Origin: a virus
DNA: 64,000 nucleotides
Direction: 5' to 3' (one strand)
IMG/VR virus record: IMGVR_UViG_3300003663_000013
Shown: in pieces, positions 1 to 6,569 of the stretch
Layout: each line of letters starts with the position of its first letter
Numbering within the stretch: the first letter of the stretch is position 1
The notes under the pieces: model-generated
What the model was told of the DNA's origin: nothing
The model's input: the letters and a program-made list of their open reading frames with translations, nothing else
Database searches by the model: none
Made by a program: the position numbers and the translations under genes

Positions 1-1
1 T

Positions 2-718
2 GATACTGAATTTTCTAAAGTATTAAGAGATCAAAGCAATTATCCAGTTAAAATAAATTTCCCAGGTTCTTTGATTAATACAGGAGATTATCAGGTCATA
101 AGTGTGTTGAGCGATACTTCTGCTATAATTGCTGGGGATTTAACGGGTGAGAATAACTTAGATTATAAAGTTATAGGTAGTTTTACTCCAGGTATTTCAC
201 CTTCTGGTAGTGATAGATTCCCTTATTTCTATGATAGTTGCAGTATTGATTTAGTAGAAGAGACAGTAGTAGATACGCCACCGGCAAAAACAAGTGGAAC
301 AGAGTTTTATATTGCAAGAGTAAGAAACACAGGAGCAGCTTTAGCAGATATTCAAGACAAGAGAACAGAGTTTTTTACAGCAGCAGGAGAAAATGGTGGA
401 TGGATAGAACCTAGTTTGAATGCTAACTTTACACAAGTTGCAGGTCGTGAGATAGAATATAGAAAGAATTATATAGGTGAAGTAGAAATAAGAGGTGCTT
501 TTACGACTACCTTAACTACAGGAACAATATTTACATTACCTGAAGGCTACAGACCTATAAATACAGAAGTGGGTATTTATACAACACATGATTTTGATGG
601 ATTGAAAACACTGATAGTGGATTCAGATGGTAATGTAAGTTCAGGAGCTACTACAGGTAATGATTACGACACTTCTAATGCAAATATTATAGTTAATATA
701 AAATTCAAAACTTCTTAA
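2..718 (+). CDS. structural protein, tail-fibre-like C-terminal part (5' end outside window)
   Basis: The reading frame stays open from the window edge through the listed TTG at 71. Composition is G/T/S/N-rich. It sits at the end of an operon that stops before the promoter-like gap at 1255-1372. Confidence 0.45.
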   Translation, partial: DTEFSKVLRDQSNYPVKINFPGSLINTGDYQVISVLSDTSAIIAGDLTGENNLDYKVIGSFTPGISPSGSDRFPYFYDSCSIDLVEETVVDTPPAKTSGTEFYIARVRNTGAALADIQDKRTEFFTAAGENGGWIEPSLNANFTQVAGREIEYRKNYIGEVEIRGAFTTTLTTGTIFTLPEGYRPINTEVGIYTTHDFDGLKTLIVDSDGNVSSGATTGNDYDTSNANIIVNIKFKTS

Positions 719-720
719 TT

Positions 721-1254
721 ATGTTAAAATTTTATTATACAAATATAAGTGAGAATGGAGGAATTCAAACTCGTTCAGATTTAAGTTTAGGAGGGTATAA
801 GAGTGCAACAGCAGTTCCTAATGATAGTGTGGGTAATTTATTTAGTGATATTTCAGTATATTCAGTAAGAGAAAATAGAGATGAGTATATTGCATTAACT
901 CTAGTAAATGAAACAGGAGCAGAAGTAACAGATGTGACTTTGTATTTTGATTATCCTGAAAATAGGCAAAAAGATATAGAATTAGCATTTGTTAATTTTA
1001 ATGCAAGTGATGAGATTGAGATTATTCCTAATTCATATTCTAAGCCTTTTAATGCTGTTTTTAATGCAGCAGATGGAGTGAATAATGCACTAAATATAGG
1101 TACACTTGCAGCAGGAGCAAAAATAGGTGTTTGGTTTAAAAAAGTGTTAAATATAAACAATATAAAATTACCATATAGCGATTTATCATTAGAAACTAAT
1201 GGTAATCCATTAATAGAAACAGAAGATATCTCTTTGATTGTCAGTTGGACATAG
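721..1254 (+). CDS. hypothetical protein (probably structural)
   Basis: 177-aa ORF whose ATG lies 3 nt after the previous stop. No recognisable motif. Confidence 0.5.
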   Translation: MLKFYYTNISENGGIQTRSDLSLGGYKSATAVPNDSVGNLFSDISVYSVRENRDEYIALTLVNETGAEVTDVTLYFDYPENRQKDIELAFVNFNASDEIEIIPNSYSKPFNAVFNAADGVNNALNIGTLAAGAKIGVWFKKVLNINNIKLPYSDLSLETNGNPLIETEDISLIVSWT

Positions 1255-1317
1255 TTTTTGGGATTTATTTCTTTTTTAGTTTGGAGAAGGGTAAAATGAA
1301 ATATTTTTGACTTTCTT

Positions 1318-1348
1318 TTTGTTTATTAAAATATATTTTATATATTTA
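1318..1348 (+). promoter_or_regulatory. Bacteroidetes-type promoter (TTTG -33, TATATTTA -7)
   Basis: TTTG at 1318-1321 and TATATTTA at 1341-1348 with a 19-nt spacer. Member of a recurrent box family seen at 16095, 36769, 38511, 41644, 51980 and 59307. Confidence 0.5.
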
Positions 1349-1372
1349 TATTGTAAAAATAAGTGGCAATAG

Positions 1373-1903
1373 ATGAAACAACAAATATACAATCTACTTT
1401 GCAAGTACTATGAAAAGATATACCAAAAAGTATTAAAACGTGGAGACTTTGTATTTATCCCTACTAAAAGAGAAAAAGTACAGATAAGTAATTTTGTAGA
1501 CTTTTTAGATGAAGAAATAGGAATAAATTCAATAGGAGAAGATTGGATATTTAATTATACTATTTATATATTTAAACAAAGAAAAGAACAAAAGACAAGA
1601 TATAAGAATCACATTCCAGTAAATTGGATATATGGTAAGAAGTCATATGAATTATATCAAAAAAGACATGAGAAGTGGGTTTATTTCAACGATAAGTTTA
1701 TAAGTGAATATAATATAAGGAAACCAAACTTAGAGGAGCAAATGGAGTTAAACACAGAAGAGTATTATGAGAAATTACGTAAACAATACTATGATCAAGA
1801 ATTTCCTCTAAGTTGGTGTTTTAATACAGTTGTTTATAACAAAAAGAGTAAATATTGTTTGAGGTGTAAAAGTAAAATGGATTGTAAGATATTGAATAAA
1901 TAA
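1373..1903 (+). CDS. hypothetical protein with C-terminal Cys cluster
   Basis: 176-aa ORF downstream of the promoter-like box. C-terminus reads CLRCKSKMDC. Confidence 0.5.
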   Translation: MKQQIYNLLCKYYEKIYQKVLKRGDFVFIPTKREKVQISNFVDFLDEEIGINSIGEDWIFNYTIYIFKQRKEQKTRYKNHIPVNWIYGKKSYELYQKRHEKWVYFNDKFISEYNIRKPNLEEQMELNTEEYYEKLRKQYYDQEFPLSWCFNTVVYNKKSKYCLRCKSKMDCKILNK

Positions 1904-1928
1904 GGAAGGTTGAGGGTGAAACAATTAT

Positions 1929-1975
1929 CTTTAACGATTGCAGATATGCCCAGTTTGGGATTAAATAGTAAAAAC
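1929..1975 (+). repeat. attC-like site, short type (homologous to 3243-3291)
   Basis: Reads CTTTAAC-GATTGC-...CCCAgtttGGG...ATTAAATAGTAAAAAC and aligns with 3243-3291. The small stem covaries between the copies (CCCA/TGGG versus CCGC/GCGG). Confidence 0.4.
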
Positions 1976-1992
1976 TTTAAATTATAGATAAA

Positions 1993-2295
1993 ATGAATAA
2001 AAATGTAGAAACTTCAAATGAAACACAGATACCCAAATTGGGTATATCTGATGTTATGCACTGTGATTATCAGCAAAAACTTTTTCACGAAATTGTTGGT
2101 ATGAAACACAGAATGCAAGGATTGGCTGGATTTGTCCAAAACGATTTTGATAAAATGTTGGAAGATGGTACAACCACTAAAGATGGAATTAAAGAAGCAA
2201 TTGAAGATATGGACAAATCGTTTGATAAAGTGATAAACGAAATGAATATACTTCGTGAAAAATGTAGAGTGATAATGTCTTATCATTGCGCCTAA
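1993..2295 (+). CDS. hypothetical cassette protein
   Basis: 100-aa ORF. Its TAA stop (2293-2295) lies inside GCCTAAC (2290-2296). Confidence 0.5.
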   Translation: MNKNVETSNETQIPKLGISDVMHCDYQQKLFHEIVGMKHRMQGLAGFVQNDFDKMLEDGTTTKDGIKEAIEDMDKSFDKVINEMNILREKCRVIMSYHCA

Positions 2296-2579
2296 CGGAC
2301 GAGTGTATGAATAGTAAAATTACGGATATGGAAAAAGTATATGAATTTTGGTATAACGACTGCATTTACGAAAGTGCGGCTGCTTGTATGAGTTTGCACA
2401 GAACACGCAAGGGTGCAGAAATGGCAATGGAATTTCACAAAGAGCAGAAACGTAAGGAGTTTGAAGAACTCTACAAAGATGAGGATGATATTGACTGGAC
2501 TTTTGATAGTATGAGTGCGTGGGGTGTTTCTGAAAGGGAAGTAGTTGAGTAATTTTATTATTTATACACATTGTTGTGG
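2290..2579 (+). repeat. attC-like site whose 20-bp stem encloses a whole ORF
   Basis: Layout is GCCTAAC (2290-2296), a 6-nt spacer GGACGA, the 5' arm at 2303-2322, the 3' arm at 2550-2569, ATT, then GTTGTGG (2573-2579). The 5' arm pairs with the 3' arm over 20 bp, including 2 G-T wobbles. Confidence 0.55.
2307..2552 (+). CDS. hypothetical protein (start and stop codons both inside the long stem)
   Basis: ATG at 2307 is the likely true start of track ORF 2286..2552. 81 aa with an acidic C-terminus. Confidence 0.5.
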   Translation: MNSKITDMEKVYEFWYNDCIYESAAACMSLHRTRKGAEMAMEFHKEQKRKEFEELYKDEDDIDWTFDSMSAWGVSEREVVE

Positions 2580-2603
2580 TGGCGAAGCGAACGTTTTAAT
2601 GCA

Positions 2604-2726
2604 CCACAACGGTTGGGTGTATGAGCAGTAGCCGAACACAAAACTTGATTAGAAGTAGAAACTTAAATATTAACAACTGCAATAGTTTAAACGCCTAACA
2701 GCTATTGCTTATACACTTTGTTAGGC
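2604..2726 (+). repeat. attC-like site (123 bp), ORF-less cassette
   Basis: Layout is CCACAAC (2604-2610), a 6-nt spacer, a 16-bp stem (2617-2632 with 2701-2716), TTT, then GTTAGGC (2720-2726). Homologous and equal in length to 54217-54339. Confidence 0.6.
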
Positions 2727-2735
2727 AACGTTTTT

Positions 2736-2972
2736 ATGAAAATAGCAATGATACCAGCAGATAATAATGGCAATATACTTTGGCTAAAAGAACTAAGGAC
2801 TGAAAATAGCAGGGCATTTATAAAATACAAAAGCACTTATAACGATATGCCATTTGCCGAAACTGAAATATTTGCAGTTGATGGCGGGAAAAACTTTGTA
2901 ATTACAGGCGACGACGGAACTATACTATACCGATTTTCGGCAAATTGGTTGGTTGGATTAAATGTTGCCTAA
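2736..2972 (+). CDS. hypothetical cassette protein
   Basis: ATG at 2736 is in frame with track ORF 2718..2972. The stop TAA (2970-2972) lies inside GCCTAAC (2967-2973). Confidence 0.5.
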   Translation: MKIAMIPADNNGNILWLKELRTENSRAFIKYKSTYNDMPFAETEIFAVDGGKNFVITGDDGTILYRFSANWLVGLNVA

Positions 2973-2998
2973 CGTTAAAATATAAAAAATCGTTGCGA
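2967..2998 (+). repeat. attC-like site, minimal or degenerate (32 bp)
   Basis: GCCTAAC, 18 nt, then GTTGCGA. The inverse core is the exact complement of the previous core GTTAGGC (2720-2726). Confidence 0.4.
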
Positions 2999-3000
2999 TT

Positions 3001-3249
3001 ATGAATGAGGAACTATTTGGAGAATTACACGAAGAAGAACAATATGGCTTGTTTGGTCAAGAACATCACAAGCAATGTTTTTTATATAGTGTTAGCGACC
3101 GTACTTCACCTAATAATAGGCTAAAAATAGAGCCTGTGTTTGATGGAATAAGTACAGCCGTTTCACAATATAAGGTAACTGACGACTTAGGTAGTATATG
3201 GATGGTAGGAACAAGAGAAGAATGCGATGCGTATTTGTATGGTCGCTAA
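3001..3249 (+). CDS. hypothetical cassette protein
   Basis: 82-aa ORF. AATCGTTGCGATT (2988-3000) upstream pairs with GGTCGCTAACGATT (3241-3254), which contains the stop codon. Confidence 0.5.
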   Translation: MNEELFGELHEEEQYGLFGQEHHKQCFLYSVSDRTSPNNRLKIEPVFDGISTAVSQYKVTDDLGSIWMVGTREECDAYLYGR

Positions 3250-3291
3250 CGATTGAGTGTAACCGCATGTAGCGGATTAAATAGTAATAAC
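3243..3291 (+). repeat. attC-like site, short type, core site not identifiable
   Basis: Layout is TCGC(T)AAC, a 6-nt spacer GATTGA, GTGTAACCGC-atgta-GCGGATTA, ending TAATAAC. Homologous to 1929-1975. Confidence 0.4.
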
Positions 3292-3309
3292 TTATCAAAA
3301 TAAACGAAT

Positions 3310-3564
3310 ATGAACAAAGAGCAGAATACTTCGCAAACCACAGAATCCGCTATTGCGGTTGACACTGTGTTAGCAACTGGGCTTTATTGTATTAAAGTTC
3401 AAGCTAATCATGATTGTTGGATTGCCGATTGGAATGGTGACCCTGGAAGAACATTAGTAAAAGAAAACGCAAAAACATTTAAACGTAAATCGGATGCTGA
3501 AAAGTTATGCAACGAAATGAAGATAAAATATCCAAATCGAAATGTTTGGGCCGATGTCTTTTAG
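3310..3564 (+). CDS. hypothetical cassette protein
   Basis: 84-aa ORF followed 7 nt later by TGCTAAC (3571-3577). Confidence 0.5.
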   Translation: MNKEQNTSQTTESAIAVDTVLATGLYCIKVQANHDCWIADWNGDPGRTLVKENAKTFKRKSDAEKLCNEMKIKYPNRNVWADVF

Positions 3565-3570
3565 CCTTGT

Positions 3571-3640
3571 TGCTAACGTTTTGAATATGTGGCGGCTTGT
3601 GTTGCGCCTGCGGCAAGCTGACATATATTTGTTGTTACCA
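3571..3640 (+). repeat. attC-like site
   Basis: Layout is TGCTAAC, a spacer, the stem ATATGT-GGC-GGCTTG / CAAGCT-G-ACATAT (3585-3626), then GTTACCA (3634-3640). The loop CGCCTGC can also pair with GCAGGCG at 3654-3660. Confidence 0.5.
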
Positions 3641-3711
3641 ACTGGCGGTTTATGCAGGCGTTGATTAAATGAACAGAAGTAATAATTAAATATTTTTTAG
3701 GGAGGGTTTTT

Positions 3712-4182
3712 ATGATTTTAAAACACAAAAGAGACAAGTTGCTTCAAGATATTTCAAGTGATTTGCATTTGGGTAGAATATCCGCAAAAGAAGCAATTGA
3801 AGAAGCTAATCTCTTAAATCAAACAACAATGCAAATAACGAAAGCATACAATGTGCAAATATGGGTAGGATTACAAGAAACCTACGATAAAGAAAAATTG
3901 CATACAATTAATGAAGTTGAAACCATTTGCCAAGATTTTGTAAATGAAGTTAAAGATTGTGTAACTGTAACACCAACAAAGTTTAAATATGTGAATGGGG
4001 GTGAAAACGGAGCTGTTATCGGCTGGATTAGTTATCCAAGATTTCCAAGAAAACGAAAAGAAATAAGAAAACGTGCTTTGGCTCTTGCAGAAAAATTAAT
4101 GAATGAATTAAACCAGTACCGAGTAACGGTAACAACGCCACTTAAAAGCTATATGCTTGAAAATAAAAACGTAGAACGATGA
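3712..4182 (+). CDS. hypothetical protein (first gene of a two-gene cassette)
   Basis: 156-aa ORF preceded by a strong SD-like GGGAGGG 5 nt upstream of the ATG. This is atypical for the rest of the genome. Confidence 0.55.
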   Translation: MILKHKRDKLLQDISSDLHLGRISAKEAIEEANLLNQTTMQITKAYNVQIWVGLQETYDKEKLHTINEVETICQDFVNEVKDCVTVTPTKFKYVNGGENGAVIGWISYPRFPRKRKEIRKRALALAEKLMNELNQYRVTVTTPLKSYMLENKNVER

Positions 4183-4973
4183 GCAAAGAAGACAAAGCAA
4201 TTAAATTTATAAGAACCATAGCAGCCAACACAAACAAGCCTTTATATGCAGGTAATAGTGGCGGTAAAGACAGTGCTGTAGTTGATAAGCTATTGCAGCT
4301 TAGCGGTATTGAATACCAAAGCTACTACACAAACACCACTGTTGACCCCAAAGGTACAATAAAGCATATTAGAGAGCATTACCCGCATACTGAAATACTA
4401 CACCCAAAAGAAAGCTTTTACCAACTTGTAGAGCGCAAGGGATTACCGACACGACTAAGTAGATATTGTTGTGAAGACCTGAAAGAGTATGCTTCTGTAG
4501 GAAAAATGGTGTTTGAAGGTGTGAGGAGTGCAGAAAGCAGAAAGCGACAAGGTAGAGACTACGTGCAATGCGATAATAGAAAATGGCAAAAAGGAGCGCA
4601 ACACATTTACCCGATTTACGATTGGAGTGATGAAGATGTTTATAGCTTTATTGAAAAGCACAATATTAAACTTGCACCACATTACAAATATGCAGATAGG
4701 CTTGGGTGTGTTGGTTGCCCTTTAGTAAGCAGAAAAGGACATAGAGAAAAAGAGTTTGCTATTTACCCGAAATATAGAAATGCTATAAAAAGAGCTATAA
4801 CTAAAGGAATGGCAAACAACCCACAATGGAAACTTAGTTGTGCAACTGATGGAGATGGAGAAAAAGCAATGCTATGGTGGTTGAGTGGTAAGACAATGAA
4901 CGAGTTCTTTAAACCTTACAGTTTTGAAAAAACTGAGGCGGGGTGGCAAAAATATTTAATTACGGACAAGTAA
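4179..4973 (+). CDS. PAPS-reductase-family PP-loop ATP pyrophosphatase
   Basis: N-terminal PP-loop motif NSGGKDSAVV. Length and Cys pattern are typical of phage PAPS-reductase-like proteins. The start overlaps the previous stop (ATGA). Confidence 0.65.
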   Translation: MSKEDKAIKFIRTIAANTNKPLYAGNSGGKDSAVVDKLLQLSGIEYQSYYTNTTVDPKGTIKHIREHYPHTEILHPKESFYQLVERKGLPTRLSRYCCEDLKEYASVGKMVFEGVRSAESRKRQGRDYVQCDNRKWQKGAQHIYPIYDWSDEDVYSFIEKHNIKLAPHYKYADRLGCVGCPLVSRKGHREKEFAIYPKYRNAIKRAITKGMANNPQWKLSCATDGDGEKAMLWWLSGKTMNEFFKPYSFEKTEAGWQKYLITDK

Positions 4974-5014
4974 GTACTGACCTTGATTAAATGCACTGCC
5001 TTTCTTCCGCTTGT

Positions 5015-5109
5015 TGGTAACGGACGAGTGTATGGCAAGTAAGCCACGCACGAACCTTGATATTAACCACAGAATTTGATTGGCTTATTTGCTATACACA
5101 TTGTTATGC
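5015..5109 (+). repeat. attC-like site (95 bp)
   Basis: Layout is TGGTAAC (5015-5021, the complement of GTTACCA at 3634), a 6-nt spacer GGACGA, an 18-bp stem (5028-5045 with 5082-5099), ATT, then GTTATGC (5103-5109). Confidence 0.6.
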
Positions 5110-5251
5110 AAAGTGCCTTAAAATATTGTTATGAATTATGCAGGTTTACTCAGTAATAAGGTCTGTAAGTATCGAAGATAACAGGTTCGCACTGAAAACA
5201 ATTGAAAAAGCAAAGAGAATCTGGGAGCAGACGAAGCCTTTCCTGCATTTT

Positions 5252-5349
5252 GCATAACGGGCCGGTTACATGTTGTCGAAAGCCAACCACAACCGACCGA
5301 TTCAGCGCACCGCCTTTGCATGGCTTTTGCAATATGTAACTTGTTACAA
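5252..5349 (+). repeat. attC-like site (98 bp)
   Basis: GCATAAC (5252-5258) is the complement of GTTATGC at 5103. A 6-nt spacer follows, then an interrupted stem: 5265-5275 with 5330-5340, and 5279-5285 with 5321-5327. It ends TT, then GTTACAA (5343-5349). Confidence 0.6.
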
Positions 5350-5443
5350 ATCTGGTGCGGGAAACACCACAAAAGCTGATTAAATGAGCGAACGTAAAAA
5401 AAGAAAAAAAAGGGAGGGCTTTTGAAATTATTTTATCTTAATA

Positions 5444-5475
5444 TTTGGATATTAAATATATTATCCGTATATTTG
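5444..5475 (+). promoter_or_regulatory. Bacteroidetes-type promoter
   Basis: TTTG at 5444-5447 and a perfect TAnnTTTG (TATATTTG) at 5468-5475 with a 20-nt spacer. It is embedded in a 12-bp direct repeat ATATTTGGATAT (5441-5452 and 5469-5480). Confidence 0.5.
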
Positions 5476-5491
5476 GATATAAATTAGAATA

Positions 5492-5725
5492 ATGAAACAG
5501 ATGAAAGCATATAGATTATACAAAGGATTCAACAAAATAGGAGAATTTGATTCTATTTTAGAGGCTAAAAAGAATGCGCCTAAAGAAGATGGGATTTATA
5601 ATTTGAAAGGCGAAAATTACAGAGATAGTTGGCAAATCATTAATGGAACTTATTATGGCGAACGAAACTTGGGAATACAGATTGCAGAAATCTGTGAGAT
5701 GGGATTCAGAAGATGCAATAGATGA
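5492..5725 (+). CDS. hypothetical protein
   Basis: 77-aa ORF downstream of the promoter-like box. It overlaps the next ORF in another frame. Confidence 0.45.
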   Translation: MKQMKAYRLYKGFNKIGEFDSILEAKKNAPKEDGIYNLKGENYRDSWQIINGTYYGERNLGIQIAEICEMGFRRCNR

Positions 5726-5933
5726 TGTGATTTATTTTATACAAAACGAATTTATAAACGAATGGTGTTTAACATCTGATGAAATGCCAACAATAGGGCA
5801 AAGATGCTGGTGTGTAAATGATAAAAATGATTTGTATTTGTGTATTTACTCTAAATTTTCAGTATTCCGAAAAAAACCAACCTTTAATAATATGCTTGGA
5901 AAGGGATGGGAAGTTCAGAGCGTAGTTAAGTAG
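5643..5933 (+). CDS. hypothetical protein (true start may be the ATG at 5655)
   Basis: 96-aa ORF with balanced composition. It overlaps 5492..5725. Confidence 0.45.
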   Translation: MELIMANETWEYRLQKSVRWDSEDAIDDVIYFIQNEFINEWCLTSDEMPTIGQRCWCVNDKNDLYLCIYSKFSVFRKKPTFNNMLGKGWEVQSVVK

Positions 5934-5956
5934 AAGCCGCTAAAAACACCTGAATT

Positions 5957-6127
5957 ATGATTGAGTGGTTACAAAAAAACAAGGAATTTCTTTCCATACG
6001 TGGAATTGAAAAGCATTTAGGAATGCCGGATTCAACTTTAATAAAAGCTGTAAACGGAGTTCAAAACTTACCTGAGAAATGGAAACAATCTTTGGAAGAT
6101 TTCATAAAGGTTTTGCAAAAACCTTAG
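5957..6127 (+). CDS. small helix-turn-helix-like protein
   Basis: 56-aa ORF not in the track (translated by eye). The segment LSIRGIEKHLGMPDSTLIKAVNG looks like an HTH. Confidence 0.35.
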   Translation: MIEWLQKNKEFLSIRGIEKHLGMPDSTLIKAVNGVQNLPEKWKQSLEDFIKVLQKP

Positions 6128-6239
6128 TGCGCGGGCTTTTTTCTTTTTTGGTCAAGTTGCACCGACCTATCATTTAAAAACTGTCGCAGCACTTGTTTGT
6201 AACTACTATATATCAAATTATCAATTTAATTTATTGATT

Positions 6240-6559
6240 ATGAATAAATTTGCAGAGTCAACTTTAAGAAAATATGAAAAATATCTTAAAGTTAAAAATT
6301 ACTCAGATAGAACTATTGATTTAATGGTCAAAATTCTTTACAATATAGCACTACAAGTTGTAATAAATTAGTCAAAAAATATCTTGGAGAACAATATCAT
6401 TTCCATTTACTTAGACACGCTGCATTTACTCATTTAACAGATCAAGGAGTAGATATTAGAGCAATTCAAAAACTTGCTGGACATAAATCAAGTAGGACTA
6501 CTGAAATCTATACTCAAGTAAGTACACAAGTTTTACATAAATTACCCTTGGCACTATAG
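6240..6559 (+). pseudogene. tyrosine recombinase (integrase) remnant with internal deletion and frame change
   Basis: The N-terminal fragment (6240-6371) encodes a SAM-like domain start, ESTLRKYEKYLKVKNYSDRTI. A second frame (6320-6559) encodes the C-terminal catalytic region HLLRHAAFTHLTDQGVDIRAIQKLAGHKSSRTTEIYTQ. The roughly 200-aa core between them is missing. Confidence 0.75.
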
Positions 6560-6569
6560 TAACTATAAA

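Larger units (their letters stand above)
1929..6213 (+). mobile_element. integron-like gene-cassette array I (attC-like sites separating 0-3-ORF cassettes)
   Basis: A chain of RYYYAAC...GTTRRRY-bounded hairpin sites. The core 7-mer of one site is the exact reverse complement of the inverse core of the next site: 2573/2604, 2720/2967, 3634/5015, 5103/5252, 5343/6197. Stop codons are embedded in the inverse cores. The island looks visibly richer in G+C than the backbone (not computed). Confidence 0.55.

Noticed and set aside
2621-2698. Short ORFs starting at the ATG inside the 5' arm of the hairpin sites. They run 2621..2698 (25 aa), 5032.. (15 aa), 54233.. (33 aa) and 52975.. (22 aa), with similar N-termini (MASSRT/MSSSRT/MASKPRT).
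   Set aside because: The ATG is part of the conserved stem sequence GTGTATG. Lengths and C-termini differ completely. Similarity is explained by nucleotide-level homology of the repeat. They are not called as peptide genes, though leader-peptide function cannot be excluded.
4528-4725. Internal alternative-frame + strand ORFs (4528..4725, 35893..36084, 45609..45797).
   Set aside because: They lie entirely within longer ORFs that carry recognisable motifs or better composition. They are low-complexity translations typical of AT-rich off-frames.
5136-5372. Two overlapping minus-strand ORFs (78 and 60 aa) in the G+C-rich gap.
   Set aside because: They are Cys/Arg-rich with implausible composition and no start context. 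The region is better explained as an ORF-less cassette plus the attC-like hairpin at 5252-5349.
5492-5933. Possible programmed frameshift joining 5492..5725 and 5643..5933.
   Set aside because: No slippery heptamer or homopolymer was seen in the 83-nt overlap. A plausible internal ATG (5655) exists for the second ORF. They are treated as two overlapping small genes.
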